Assembly (NCBI GenBank): GCA_963669175.1
Contig: OY769902.1
Span: 1,248,001 to 1,312,000, forward strand
DNA: 64,000 nucleotides
Direction of reading: 5' to 3'
DNA from: a bacterium
GTDB taxonomy: Bacteria; Electryoneota; Electryoneia; Electryoneales; Electryoneaceae
Shown here: positions 37,156 through 49,000 of the stretch, in pieces
How the letters are laid out: every line of letters starts with the position of its first letter
Numbering within the stretch: the first letter of the stretch is position 1
Notes under the pieces: model-generated
What the model was told of the DNA's origin: nothing
Database searches by the model: none
Seen by the model: the letters and a program-made list of their open reading frames with translations, nothing else
Translations under genes and position numbers: made by a program

Positions 37156-39732
37156 ATGGGGTTTGTGAAAAAAATCGCGAAACATTCCCTTTTGCTGATC
37201 CTGTTTGTTGTATTGGGGTTGACGCTCTTTCAGTCCCCTGCACCCACGATGGAAAATGAAGATTGCCTGATGTGCCACAGCGATCCGGATCTGGAAGCTG
37301 AGGACGGGCGGAATGTCGGGGTCAAGGAAGATGCGTTCATGGAGAGTGTGCATGCCGGCTTTTCCTGCACGGATTGCCACATGCAGCCCGGGGACTATGA
37401 GGATCTGCCTCATTATACCGTCTATCGTAAGGTAGATTGTGGCTATTGCCATGAAGACGCGGTAAAGAGCTTCAAGGGCAGTTTCCATGAAATGGCATTG
37501 AACCAGGGTACACCCAACGCGCCAAAGTGTTATTCCTGTCATGGTGCGGCAGGTGATCCCCACGCTATTCATGGTCTGGGCAAACGTAGCGCTGAAACAG
37601 CCTGCCAGCAGTGTCATGCCAAAGAAGCCAGCCTGTACGATGGCAGCACTCATGCTCTGGCTGCCAAAAAGGGAAAGAACAGTCCCGGTTGTACCGGCTG
37701 CCACGAAACCCATTCACCGGCGTTTCCGCCTTCCGCAGGTGCGGTCAACGCCTTGTGCGAGTCCTGCCACAAGGGCGCAATGGATGAATTGGCCAACAGT
37801 GGGCACATGGGCGAAGCGCTTCAGGGGAAGATGTCCTGTTCGTCCTGTCATGATGTTCATGCGACTCACAAACCGCATGTGGATCAGACAACCCTGACCG
37901 CCTGCAATGAATGCCATCCAGGATACTGTGATTCCCTGAAGATGTCCGTTCACGCTCCGTTGATCGAAGCGAAAGAGATGAACTGTCTCTCCTGCCATCG
38001 TTCGCACCAGGTGTCCGCAGATGCGCAGGAATCGGAAGACTTCGGGTGTGGCGCCTGCCACGAGGAAGCGGAGCACGAATATCGTACCAGTGTACACCGT
38101 CGCGCACGTTTGAAGGGTGATGAAGTTGCCGCGACCTGTGGGGATTGCCATACAGGACACAAAGTGCTTCCGGCATCTGACCCGAAGAGTATGGTGAATC
38201 ACTTCAACATCCCGGACCTTTGCGGGAAATGCCATACTGATGAAAGTGTAATCACATCCGACTTCGTGCGTCTGCCGATTTCGTTGCCCAGTTATCTGGA
38301 ATCTATCCACGGCCAGGGCTGGAAGGAAGGCAAGCCTACGGCTGTATGTACTGACTGTCACGGTGATCATAACCTGGAAGCGGCCTCTTCACCGTCATCG
38401 ACCATTAACAAGAACAACCTGGCGCTTACCTGTGGCCAGTGTCATAGAACGGTATCGGAAGATTACCTCGGGTCGGTCCATGGACGCGCTTTGGCGCATG
38501 GTATTACTGACAGCCCGAGCTGTACCGATTGCCATGATGAGCACCTTATTCGTGCTACGGATGACGAACGCAGCGCAGTGAACAAGACCAACCAGGCTAC
38601 GATGTCCTGCGGTTCCTGCCATGAAGACCCGGAAATGGCGGTCCGTTATGGTTTGCCACCGGAAGTGGTATCCAGTTATGTGGATTCCTATCATGGTTGG
38701 GCGATCAAGCGTGGCGGCAAAGCGGTAGCGGTTTGCGAGGACTGCCACAATACGCATGACATCCGCAGTCGTTTTGATCCGGAATCATCGATTCATGAGA
38801 ACAATGTTGTCGCTACCTGCGGACGTTGCCATCCGAACTCGAACCCGCAGTTCGCGGCGAGTTATTCGCATGTGCTGGCTCGTGACAAGAAAATGATTCA
38901 TGACTGGGTGGCGTTGGCCTACTGGATCCTGATCCCGTTGGTGCTGGGCGGCATGCTGGTTCATAACCTGATCATCTATGTCCATGATCTGCGCATTCAC
39001 TATCGTCTTACAAAGAAGAAGCCGGCCATCAAGCGCATGACCACCAGCGAAATCTGGCAGCATGTTATCCTGGCGGTCAGTTTCATTATGCTGGGGATTA
39101 CCGGGTTTGCATTGCGCTTCCCCGATGCCTGGTGGGTGGACATTCTGACTTGGGCGGGCATGACCGAAGAGCTGCGTCGCATTCTGCACCGCGCCTTCGC
39201 CATGATGCTGGTGGCGGCCTCATTCTACCACCTGTTCTACCTGCTCTTCACCGGGCGTGGACGGTTGGTATTAAAGGCGATGTTCCCCGGCCCACGTGAT
39301 GCGCTGGAAGCCATGCAGAACATGATGTATTACTTCGGGTTGCAGAAGAAACCGCCAGTGTTCGGCATGTACGATTACACTCAGAAAGCGGAATACTGGG
39401 CCTTGATCTGGGGTCAGATCGTGATGACCCTGACAGGTTTCATCCTGATGTTCCCCGATGTGACCACGGCCTTTACTCCGGCTTGGGTGGTGCGTGTCGC
39501 GGAGACTTTCCACTTCTACGAAGCTATCCTTGCAGTGAGCGCTATCGCTGTGTGGCATTTCTTCTTCGTGATCTTTATTCCACGGGAATACCCGATGAGC
39601 TGGATCTGGGTCACAGGGCGTATGCCCAAGGATGAATGGGAACATCATCACGGACGTGAACCGGAACAGACCGGCAAGCAGCCGGAATTCCTGCCCCCGG
39701 TGGATGATGGGAAGGATGAAGAAACGCATTGA
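37156..39732 (+). CDS. Multiheme cytochrome c (19 CxxCH) fused to a cytochrome b membrane domain (CbcL-like architecture)
   Basis: 19 CxxCH motifs counted; C-terminal QH...LHR...YDYTQKAEYW...HFYEAILA...WHFF. Confidence 0.9.
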   Translation: MGFVKKIAKHSLLLILFVVLGLTLFQSPAPTMENEDCLMCHSDPDLEAEDGRNVGVKEDAFMESVHAGFSCTDCHMQPGDYEDLPHYTVYRKVDCGYCHEDAVKSFKGSFHEMALNQGTPNAPKCYSCHGAAGDPHAIHGLGKRSAETACQQCHAKEASLYDGSTHALAAKKGKNSPGCTGCHETHSPAFPPSAGAVNALCESCHKGAMDELANSGHMGEALQGKMSCSSCHDVHATHKPHVDQTTLTACNECHPGYCDSLKMSVHAPLIEAKEMNCLSCHRSHQVSADAQESEDFGCGACHEEAEHEYRTSVHRRARLKGDEVAATCGDCHTGHKVLPASDPKSMVNHFNIPDLCGKCHTDESVITSDFVRLPISLPSYLESIHGQGWKEGKPTAVCTDCHGDHNLEAASSPSSTINKNNLALTCGQCHRTVSEDYLGSVHGRALAHGITDSPSCTDCHDEHLIRATDDERSAVNKTNQATMSCGSCHEDPEMAVRYGLPPEVVSSYVDSYHGWAIKRGGKAVAVCEDCHNTHDIRSRFDPESSIHENNVVATCGRCHPNSNPQFAASYSHVLARDKKMIHDWVALAYWILIPLVLGGMLVHNLIIYVHDLRIHYRLTKKKPAIKRMTTSEIWQHVILAVSFIMLGITGFALRFPDAWWVDILTWAGMTEELRRILHRAFAMMLVAASFYHLFYLLFTGRGRLVLKAMFPGPRDALEAMQNMMYYFGLQKKPPVFGMYDYTQKAEYWALIWGQIVMTLTGFILMFPDVTTAFTPAWVVRVAETFHFYEAILAVSAIAVWHFFFVIFIPREYPMSWIWVTGRMPKDEWEHHHGREPEQTGKQPEFLPPVDDGKDEETH

Positions 39733-39762
39733 TTGCTTAATTGATAGAGATGATTCTCATGG

Positions 39763-39792
39763 CCGGTCCGGGATTCCCGGGCCGGTTTCTTT
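39763..39792 (+). terminator. Intrinsic terminator
   Basis: CCGGTCCGGG-ATT-CCCGGGCCGG followed by TTTCTTT. Confidence 0.65.
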
Positions 39793-40022
39793 ATAAAGTG
39801 AAAAAGGTAAAGAAGTGAAAAAGGTAAAGAAGGGAAAAAAGTAAAGAAAGTAGCCCGTCCATGCCCGGCCGGGTATCTGTTGAATTTACAGGATATGCAG
39901 GATACGAAGGATGAAAAGGATAAAAGCCGAAAGGCATGAGGGCTTCACGAATGAGATTCTGCCTGATTTTAAAATCCGGGACTAACCACAAATAGCATGT
40001 CCTTTATTTCGTTTATCACTAA

Positions 40023-40490
40023 CCCGAATATTTCACCAATGCAATTTCAAATTTGGTATTTGATGGAATGGCCAGTACAAGAACCACGGCAGTGGTTCTC
40101 TGTATTAGCCCACCGTCCAGCGCCGTCTGTTTGGCGCTCACGGTGGGAATAGGATGTACGCTTTGCCAACCCCGGCAGCGGGTTGCCTGAATATTTCCAC
40201 TGTATACTTTTGATATTTATCAGGTTACTCCTTCCGGAGTAAATATATGGTGCGCATTATCTCCCCGGGTAGCCGCCAAACTGACGGCGGCTGCCCGGGG
40301 CTAATACAGGTTGCCCCTGCCGGGGCGGTTGCCGATTCTCAGCCTATTTTGCCAGCGAAACAGGGAATAGACACGCAAAGGGATACCGGAGCAAACTGTC
40401 CCCTGAAAAATGCTGTATGAATCAGTTGTATTGTGTTGATATGAACTGTGTTAAGATGAATATCCATGTTCCGTTCATGAAATATTCGGG
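40023..40490. mobile_element. Non-autonomous MITE, 468 bp, with 13-bp TIRs and a CTAA duplication
   Basis: CCCGAATATTTCA / TGAAATATTCGGG flanked by CTAA; empty paralogous site near 36743. Confidence 0.8.
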
Positions 40491-40603
40491 CTAAAATGGT
40501 TTCTTCCTGTTGATCCTTTCCATCCTGTAAATATTGTTCTTTTCTTTGCGCCTTGTAGCCTGCCCCCGAATGTTGTGGTCGGGGGGCTTTGCGTGAAACG
40601 CAG

Positions 40604-42106
40604 TTAATCCCCCAGTCTGCCGAAGCGCCAGATAATCTCACGCTGCCAGTTCTTCAGCCCGTCATTCAGGTGTTCATCACCGACACGCCAGCTCCAGTTA
40701 CCGTGGGGATTGCCCGGTGTATTCATCCGGTGGAACTGGTCCAGCCCGACCAGATCCTGCATCGGCGCGATAGCATATTGTGCAACCGACTGCAAGGCCA
40801 TGCGCCACAGGTCTTCATGGGGACGATCCACTCCATGCTGCTGGTACGCAGACAGGTCGCCACGGATTTCATCGTTGATTTCCTGCCGCCACCAACCGAG
40901 CGTGGTATTGTTATCATGGGTACCGGTATAGACAACCCGGTCGTATTCATGATTATGCGGCAGGAAAACATTGTCACGTGTCCCGCCCCAGGCGAATTGC
41001 AGGATACACATGCCGGGCATGTCGAAATGCTTGCGCAGAGCGGTGACTTCTTTTGTAATGACGCCGAGGTCTTCGGCGATCAGGGGTAACTTGCCAAGTT
41101 TGTCACGTACCGCGCTGAACAACTCTTTCCCTGGTGCAGGAACCCATTCGCCAAGTTCGGCTGTTTCATGTTCAGCCGGAATCTCCCAGCAGGCGACAAA
41201 GCCACGGAAATGGTCGATACGAAGCAAGTCTACCGTCTCAAGCGCGTACTTGATCCGTTCTGTCCACCACAGGAACCCGGTTTCCAAGTGTTTGGCCCAG
41301 TTGTATATCGGATTGCCCCAGCGTTGCCCCGTGGCGGAGAAATAGTCCGGCGGCACCCCGGCGATCACGATAGGATTGCCCTTGGCATCCAGTTTGAACA
41401 GGTCTGGATTGGACCATACATCAGCGCTGTCATAGGCGACGAAGATCGGCGCGTCTCCCATAAACTGCACACCCAGTTCTTTGGCGTGAGCACGAAGTGC
41501 GTTCCACTGGTGGAAAAAGATGAACTGCTCCCATTCGATCTGCTGAATCGTATCCTGTTGGTCGGCACGGACAGCCTTCAGGGCTTCTGGATCACGATCC
41601 CGTAATTTTGCCGGCCACTGGTTCCAGACGCGGCCATCCTGGGTATCCTTAATCGTCATAAATAGCGAGTAGTCGTTCAGCCAGGGGGCGTGGTGACCCT
41701 GGAACTCAAAAAATTCTGCACGTTCCAGCTTGGTCGCGCGATCATCCCATGTTTTATACGCTTTCTTCAGGAGACGTTTCTTTTCCGGGATCAGCCCACC
41801 AAAATCAACATGATCATGCGGGAGGTTGCGCAGGGTATAAAAATCTTCTTCCGACAGGAGGCCTCGATCTGCCAGTTCACCCATATCGATCAAATAGGGA
41901 TTCCCGGCGAACGCTGAGAAGCAGGCGTAAGGACTGTCGCCATACCCGGTGGGACCAAGGGGAAGCACCTGCCAGACACGGAACCCTGCGCCTGCAATCC
42001 ATTCCAAAGTTCGATGAGCATGCCATCCCAATTCACCTATTCCATTGGGGCCGGGTAGCGAGGTGGGGTGCAGTAACAGGCCAGCTTTACGTTCTTGTTG
42101 CATCAC
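40604..42106 (-). CDS. malQ: 4-alpha-glucanotransferase (GH77)
   Basis: LHPTSLP, WQVLPLGPT, GVPPDYF, RIDHFRG, AEDLG, TGTHDN, RMNTPG. Confidence 0.97.
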   Translation of the reverse strand: MMQQERKAGLLLHPTSLPGPNGIGELGWHAHRTLEWIAGAGFRVWQVLPLGPTGYGDSPYACFSAFAGNPYLIDMGELADRGLLSEEDFYTLRNLPHDHVDFGGLIPEKKRLLKKAYKTWDDRATKLERAEFFEFQGHHAPWLNDYSLFMTIKDTQDGRVWNQWPAKLRDRDPEALKAVRADQQDTIQQIEWEQFIFFHQWNALRAHAKELGVQFMGDAPIFVAYDSADVWSNPDLFKLDAKGNPIVIAGVPPDYFSATGQRWGNPIYNWAKHLETGFLWWTERIKYALETVDLLRIDHFRGFVACWEIPAEHETAELGEWVPAPGKELFSAVRDKLGKLPLIAEDLGVITKEVTALRKHFDMPGMCILQFAWGGTRDNVFLPHNHEYDRVVYTGTHDNNTTLGWWRQEINDEIRGDLSAYQQHGVDRPHEDLWRMALQSVAQYAIAPMQDLVGLDQFHRMNTPGNPHGNWSWRVGDEHLNDGLKNWQREIIWRFGRLGD

Positions 42107-42261
42107 GTTGCCCTCCCGGCGATCAGGTTGTGTTTAGCTGCAAATGTACAGTAAGAGAGTGTGCTATTTTGCGAGCACATGGTAAAGATTCACGTCTCAA
42201 GAGAAAAGACCTCCAGATCAATTTCTTCTCCGAAAACATGTTTTCAGTTCTCCGGCAACAT

Positions 42262-42319
42262 TTGACTTTAAAAAAAAGTTGCTTATCTTAACGCGCAAAC
42301 TACTGATCATATTTTCAGT
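42262..42319 (+). promoter_or_regulatory. uvrA promoter with a downstream CTG-N10-CAG dyad
   Basis: TTGACT-N16-TATCTT; ACTGATCATATTTTCAGT at 42302-42319. Confidence 0.45.
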
Positions 42320-42342
42320 TTAAAACATAGATTGTTACCGGC

Positions 42343-45180
42343 ATGTCACCCAACGAACCAGACAAAATTCGCATCCTTGGCGCACGCGAGCATAACCTTG
42401 CCAATATTGATGTAACCCTGCCACGCAACCGTTTGTGTGTGGTTACCGGACTGAGTGGAAGCGGGAAGTCCAGCCTGGCGTTTGATACGCTATATGCTGA
42501 AGGCCAAAGGCGTTACGTGGAGTCATTATCCGCGTATGCACGCCAGTTCCTTGGCCTGATGGAAAAACCGGACGTGGACTTCATTGAAGGTTTGTCTCCC
42601 GCAATCTCCATCGAACAGAAGGCAACGCATCGCAATCCACGGTCTACGGTTGCCACGGTTACCGAGATTTACGATTACTTGCGTCTGCTTTTTGCCCGGA
42701 TTGGCGTTGTTCATTGTCCCAGTTGCGGCAAGCAGATCAGCAGGCAGACCGTACAGCAGATCACCGACGCCATTCTTGACTATCCTGAAGGCACACGTTT
42801 GCAGATACTCGCCCCGGTAGTGCGTGAACGCAAGGGCGAATACCGGAAGATGTTCAAGGAGATCGAGAGGGATGGGTTTGTGCGTGTCCGGGTTGATGGA
42901 GAGGTTTACCCGGTCACCGAAACACCCACCCTGGACAAGAAGAAGAAGCATTCTGTTGATATCGTAGTTGACCGTCTGGTGGTAAAAGATGGTATCCTTA
43001 CCCGTTTGACCGACAGCATTGAGACTGCGCTGGGCAAGGCGGAAGGTCTGGTTACGATGCTCACTGCAGACGGGGAAGAGAGGTTATTCAGCGAGCATTT
43101 TGCCTGTCATGATTGCGGTATATCACTGGAAGAACCGGCGCCACGAAATTTCTCTTTCAACAGCCCGTTTGGCGCCTGCCCGGTTTGTGACGGGCTGGGA
43201 TTCCGTCTTGAAATCGATCCACGGCGAATCGTACCCGATGAAAGCAAAACGATCGTAGGCGGGGCTATTGAACCGTTTGGCCTGGCGCGTGAAAGCTGGA
43301 CTTTACGTATGCTGGAGAAGGTCGCCGAACATCACAAGTTCAAGCTGACCACTCCCTGGCACAAACTCCCGGAAGAACATCAGAAAACCATCCTGTACGG
43401 TTCGAAGGATAAAATCCATTTTGTCTGGGAACGATCCAACGACAAGTACGAAGGCACGTGGGACCATTGGGGAAAATGGGAAGGTGTGATTACCAACCTG
43501 CAACGCCGTTACAAGCAGACCAATTCCCAGGGGATTCGTGACTGGATCGAGGGATTCATGGGGCAGGTACCCTGTGAGGTGTGCCATGGTCAACGCTTGC
43601 GTCCGGAAGCGTTGGCGGTGCGTGTACAGGGACTGAATATTGCGGAAGTCAGCGCTAAATCCATCGGGCAATCTATCGAGTATTTTAACTCGCTTCAACT
43701 TTCTGAGCGTGATGCGACCATCGCCGAGCAGATCATGAAAGAGCTGAAAGCCCGGCTAGGTTTCCTGATGAATGTGGGCCTGAATTATCTGACACTGGAT
43801 CGTAGTGCGGGTAGCCTGTCCGGTGGTGAAGCGCAGCGCATCCGCCTGGCGACCCAGATCGGCAGTCAGCTTGTCGGTGTGATGTACATCCTCGATGAAC
43901 CTTCCATCGGGCTGCATCAACGGGATAACGCCCGTTTGATTACCACGCTGGAAAAGTTGCGTGACCTGGGCAACTCGGTGATCGTCGTCGAGCATGACCG
44001 TGAAACGATCGAACGTGCCGATTATGTAGTTGACCTTGGGCCAGGCGCGGGACGGCATGGCGGCAAAGTCGTCGCAGCGGGGTCACCCGATGAGATTCGC
44101 GATGATCCCAACAGCGTCACGGGAAATTTTCTGTCCGGGCGGGAAGTCATCCCGGTGCCCGAGAAACGGCGTACCCCTTCGAAACGGTGGATCACGATCA
44201 AGGGCGCACGTGGGCACAACCTGAAGAACATCGATGTCAAGTTCCCGCTCGGCTTGTTTACCGTAGTAACCGGCGTCTCAGGCTCAGGAAAAAGCACGCT
44301 GGTCAACGAGACACTTTACCCTGCGCTGGCGCGTACGCTCAATGGATCTCGTGAGGTGCCATTATCCCATAACGATATCAAAGGGCTGCACTATATCGAC
44401 AAGGTTGTCGATATTGATCAGTCCCCGATTGGACGCACCCCACGTTCCAATCCGGCGACCTACACCGGGCTGTTCACGCTGATACGTGATCTGTATGCCC
44501 AGCTTCCTGATGCAAAAGCACGAGGGTACAAGTCCGGGCGCTTCAGCTTCAATGTCAAGGGCGGACGTTGTGAAGCCTGCCAGGGGGCGGGTATCATCAA
44601 GATAGAAATGCACTTCCTGCCGGATGTATATGTGACCTGTGAAACCTGCAAGGGTAAACGCTACAATCGTGAAACCCTGGAAGTGAAATACCGTGGCCGT
44701 TCCATCTCGGACGTTTTGAACATGACCGTGGAAGAAGGGTACGAGTTCTTCGAAAACCACCCGCCACTGGCACGGAAACTGAAGGTATTGAACGAAGTCG
44801 GCCTTGGTTATATCAAGCTGGGCCAGCAGGCGACAACTCTCTCCGGCGGTGAAGCGCAGCGGGTGAAATTGTCCACAGAACTTTCCAAGGTCAGCACCGG
44901 GAAGACGATCTACATTCTTGACGAGCCCACAACCGGGCTGCATTTCCAGGATATCCGGTTGTTGCTGCAAGTGCTGCATCAACTGGTGGAGAAGGGCAAT
45001 ACGGTGATCGTTATCGAGCACAACCTGGATGTGATCAAGACGGCTGACTGGATCATCGATCTCGGTCCGGAAGGCGGCGATAACGGCGGGACTATTCTCG
45101 CAACCGGATCACCAGAGGATGTCATCGAGGTTCCGCAAAGTTATACCGGACAGTTCCTGAAAGAGGAGCTGAACCGGTAG
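42343..45180 (+). CDS. uvrA: Excinuclease ABC subunit A
   Basis: [15 protein letters not shown], zinc fingers, two LSGGEAQR motifs, [11 protein letters not shown]. Confidence 0.99.
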   Translation: MSPNEPDKIRILGAREHNLANIDVTLPRNRLCVVTGLSGSGKSSLAFDTLYAEGQRRYVESLSAYARQFLGLMEKPDVDFIEGLSPAISIEQKATHRNPRSTVATVTEIYDYLRLLFARIGVVHCPSCGKQISRQTVQQITDAILDYPEGTRLQILAPVVRERKGEYRKMFKEIERDGFVRVRVDGEVYPVTETPTLDKKKKHSVDIVVDRLVVKDGILTRLTDSIETALGKAEGLVTMLTADGEERLFSEHFACHDCGISLEEPAPRNFSFNSPFGACPVCDGLGFRLEIDPRRIVPDESKTIVGGAIEPFGLARESWTLRMLEKVAEHHKFKLTTPWHKLPEEHQKTILYGSKDKIHFVWERSNDKYEGTWDHWGKWEGVITNLQRRYKQTNSQGIRDWIEGFMGQVPCEVCHGQRLRPEALAVRVQGLNIAEVSAKSIGQSIEYFNSLQLSERDATIAEQIMKELKARLGFLMNVGLNYLTLDRSAGSLSGGEAQRIRLATQIGSQLVGVMYILDEPSIGLHQRDNARLITTLEKLRDLGNSVIVVEHDRETIERADYVVDLGPGAGRHGGKVVAAGSPDEIRDDPNSVTGNFLSGREVIPVPEKRRTPSKRWITIKGARGHNLKNIDVKFPLGLFTVVTGVSGSGKSTLVNETLYPALARTLNGSREVPLSHNDIKGLHYIDKVVDIDQSPIGRTPRSNPATYTGLFTLIRDLYAQLPDAKARGYKSGRFSFNVKGGRCEACQGAGIIKIEMHFLPDVYVTCETCKGKRYNRETLEVKYRGRSISDVLNMTVEEGYEFFENHPPLARKLKVLNEVGLGYIKLGQQATTLSGGEAQRVKLSTELSKVSTGKTIYILDEPTTGLHFQDIRLLLQVLHQLVEKGNTVIVIEHNLDVIKTADWIIDLGPEGGDNGGTILATGSPEDVIEVPQSYTGQFLKEELNR

Positions 45181-45189
45181 CCTTCTGCT

Positions 45190-45356
45190 GAATTTACAGG
45201 ATGATCAGGATGTTAAGGATAATAAGGATAAAAACATAAAACTATATAATTATTTTTACAATACTAACAACGAATAGACTCATTAAGCATTTATGGGGTT
45301 TTCATGTTAGGTTGTTATCCTGAATATCCTTGTTATCCTTTGTATCCTGTAAATTC
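45190..45356. repeat. Family B element (complete)
   Basis: Four AGGAT at 9-bp period and four ATCCT at 9-bp period in inverted arms. Confidence 0.88.
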
Positions 45357-45389
45357 GATATGATTTCATTTGATTCATGCTATTTTGAA

Positions 45390-45728
45390 TGGGTAAGCAG
45401 GCGAAAAATGGGACTGTTACCTTTTCATGCTTTTGAATGCAGAACAATCACATTAGTATTGAAGAAAAGGTGACTGTACCAATTTTTTACCTGCTCTGTA
45501 AGATGGTTCAGGACTGGAAAATGCTGGGACAGCCACCTTTTCGAAACATATCTTCCCAGCGATCAATGATTTTGCGTACAAATGAAACATGGTCAACAAT
45601 ATCTGGCATATTCGCAGGCGAAAAGAGTGGCAGTCCCCATTTTCCCCCGGCAATTCCCCCCTTCCCATCGAATTGGACCCTTACATCCAGGTTAATGGTA
45701 TAGCAGAATCTTACCCACACGAAACAGT
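45390..45728. repeat. Family A1 composite element
   Basis: Highly similar to 19673-20009. Confidence 0.92.
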
Positions 45729-45773
45729 GAGGAACCATTTCATTTGGTTCACCTCGAGATCCCCGGTCAAGCC

Positions 45774-45859
45774 GGGGATGACATAGAGTGCAGGGGATGA
45801 CATAGAGTGCAGGGGATGACATAGAGTGCAGGGGATGACATAGAGTGCAGGGGATGACA
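45774..45859. repeat. 19-bp tandem repeat x4.5 (GGGGATGACATAGAGTGCA) starting in the right arm of a family C hairpin
   Basis: Units at 45774, 45793, 45812, 45831 and 45850. Confidence 0.95.
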
Positions 45860-45921
45860 GTATGCGGCATTTCTTTCGACACTCAGCATAACAAATAATT
45901 TTTGCACCATCAGAACAAAAA

Positions 45922-45947
45922 GAAAAACCCGGGTGAATCACCCGGGT
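45922..45947 (-). terminator. Intrinsic terminator of the S8 peptidase gene
   Basis: AAAAACCCGGGTGA-A-TCACCCGGGT. Confidence 0.65.
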
Positions 45948-46033
45948 CAAATATTCTACACTTCTTACGCTGCTTACTTTCTTTTCCTACTTCCTACCTT
46001 TTTCACTGTCTACTTTTTTCACTTCTTTCACTT

Positions 46034-49000
46034 CTATTTCAACAACATCATCTTCACAGTACGTTGATATCCCTGGTCGGTTTTCATCCTCAGGAAGTAC
46101 ACACCGCTGGACAAGCCGGCGCCGTCAAAATGAAGGTTGTGGTACCCGGGACGCATCTCGCCCTGTTGCAAAGTGGTGACCTGACGGCCGAGAATATCGA
46201 ATACGATCAATTCAACGTGCGCCGCTTTGGGCAGGGCGAACTGCACAATGGCGGACTCGTTAAACGGGTTCGGGTAGGGTTGATCCAGGGCAAACTCTTT
46301 CGGCAGACCGTCGTCAACCTCACTGCCCGGAACACCATCGAAATCAACGATCAGTCGCATGAAAATGCTGTCCGCCGGTTCGAACCCGTCATGCTCGAAC
46401 TTGATATACCCGGTATAGGTGCCGTTCTTCAGGGTTTCGCCATCAAAAATGGCATCAATGACATTGTATTCAGTGGGCTCCAGGTACATGTACGGGGGAT
46501 CCAGTTCCACCCAGGGCACCTGTACATCCCATTCCCAGCCAACCAGGTGATCACGTCCCTCCACCTTTGAGATTCCGAAACCTATCTGGTAGTACCCCTG
46601 GAAGCCTTCCGCGAAGGAGAATCCGTAAACCTCCTGGTTGCCGGTAGCAAGTGTGTCGACGAACACGGTTTCACCGGTTGTGGGGTTCATCTTGTATAGC
46701 TTGCCGAACAGGTTGTCCTCACGGCAGGTGATCCAGAGCGTGAAACCATCCTGGCGTGGACCGAGATAGCCCAGTCCATTGATACGGGTGTAGAGGTCTA
46801 TCTCGTCAAGTACTTCACCATCTTCAGGGTCCATAGCTACGATGTTGTGCATGTAATCGGCAACATACAGGATGTCGTTATAATCATCGTAGGCGATTGC
46901 ACGGTTGGGCGTATACGGCCCTTCGAAGCTTCTGACCGTTTCACCGTGTGTGGGGTCCATGCCATAAATCATGTTGTTATCGCTGCCCCAGAGCAAGTCA
47001 TCTCCAAACGCCAAATCATGCATCCCGGTACTGCTGGCGTCAGGGTTGTCGCTGCCTGCCTGGTCATACGATCCGAGGTATTCGCCATCTTCATTGATCA
47101 TGTAAATCTTGTTCGGATTGATATACATGTTCGAACCGGCAATGTAGAAAATCCCGTTATGATACGCGGCCCCGTTCAAGCGTGTATCACCGGTCAGTTC
47201 AGAAGCGTCAAGAGCAAAAACCGGGTCCATGAACTCATCGAGTTCAATGATCGGCAATGGTGTCATGGAAATAGTCAAGCCACCGTTGCCGTTGTTCGTG
47301 ATCCTGAACTCTTCATTGGCCGTGAATTCATTGTCAAGGGTGACAACCAGGCTTTCGGTATCTGCTGTAAAGATCCCGACCTGCAGAATTACATTGACGG
47401 TTGTAGTATCCTGTGAGATGATCTCAACGCTTTCCTCAACATGTACATGGTACGGTGGCAGATTGTACTCGACAGCTTGCGTACCCATGAGGGCATCCAT
47501 CTGGTACCAGCCATGGGCGTCGGTCAAGGATTCGTAGACAGTTCCCGGAAGGGAGACGTGTACGTTTTCAACCGGCTCACCAGTGTTTCCGTCCACAACC
47601 AGCCCCTCAAGAATACCGATAGGGAACTGGGCGTTGGCGATAGCGGAATCACACATGATACGGCCTGCGCCGTAGTCGTTATCTTTGCCCGGATTTCCAA
47701 GATCAAGCCCTGAAATCTGGAGGATAGAATCGATGTGGACAGGCAGCAATTCCCAGTTTTTACTCAACAGGAGCGCACAGACACCGGCAATATGAGGGGT
47801 TGCCATGGAAGTGCCGCTCATGGTGGTATAACCGCCATTCATTGAGCAGCTCAGCACATCTTCACCCGGCGCGGCGATATCAGGGCGAATCAGGCCCGGG
47901 TCTGCACCGTTATTGTAAACCCAGTCTTCATAATCATCTACGCTTTCCCAGGTACAGGGGCCACGACTGGAGAAGCTGGCATACATATCCTGATCATCTG
48001 TTGCGCCTACGGAAATAACACCACCACGTTCGCCTTCACCGGTCTCATCGGGGTTGCGCCAGGGAGAAGGCACATTGCCGGGGGTACGGCAGGAGTTGGG
48101 CGGTTGTGTACTGCGTTCGTTACCCGCGGCAACGATATTGGTAATGCCTGCGGCGTCGAGTACTTCATAAGCCTGACGCCAGGCGGTCTTGTCCGGGTTC
48201 CAACCTTCGATATAGCCCATGGACATGCTGGTAACATCCACTTCATGCTCCAGGGCAAAATCCTGGGCATCCCAGACCGTCTGCTGGGCGGATTCATCAA
48301 TGGACAAGGATACCCGTAGCGCCATCAACGTGGCATCCGGCGCAACTCCTGTCGCATACTGACCGGTGCCGTCTCCGCAGATACTCCCGGAACAGTGGGT
48401 TCCATGACCGTTCTGGTCCATGGGGTCATTATCATTGTCTCCGAAGTCGTAGCCATGATTGGGGTACTCATCCCCGCCATCCCACATGTGGTCAGCGAGA
48501 TCCTCATGGTTGTAATTCACACCGGAGTCAATAATGCCCACCAGAACACTGTCACCGGTAAAGCCCTGTTCCCAGACTTCCGGCGCATTAATCATCTCAA
48601 CAGACCAGACCAGCTCGTCCAGCTCATTGTTGCCCACATCCGGGCCCTGCTCAGCAAACCACAACGGACGAGGGATATCCGGGATTACTCGATCAACATC
48701 TGCACGTGCGGCCAGCTCACGGATGACTTCTTCGGTAGCGTGTATACCAACAGCATTCAAGATTTCCAGGGAACGGAAGGATTCAACGCTTCCTTCGCGG
48801 AATCGTTTGTCGAGTTGCTCCAGGATGTCCTGCTGACAACGCTCGGCACGCTGGTTAACCAGCCGCCAGACGATGCGTGTTCGTTCTTTGCGTGGCAATC
48901 CTTCCACGGCAAAGCGATACCCTTCGATGTCAGGGCCTTCTTTCATGAAAGCGACGGCGTAAAACAACTCGCCATCCTGACCATCTTCCAGCATTCTTCC

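Noticed and set aside
45774-45859. CRISPR or iteron array
   Set aside because: Contiguous identical 19-mers derived from a REP arm; no rep gene or origin features nearby
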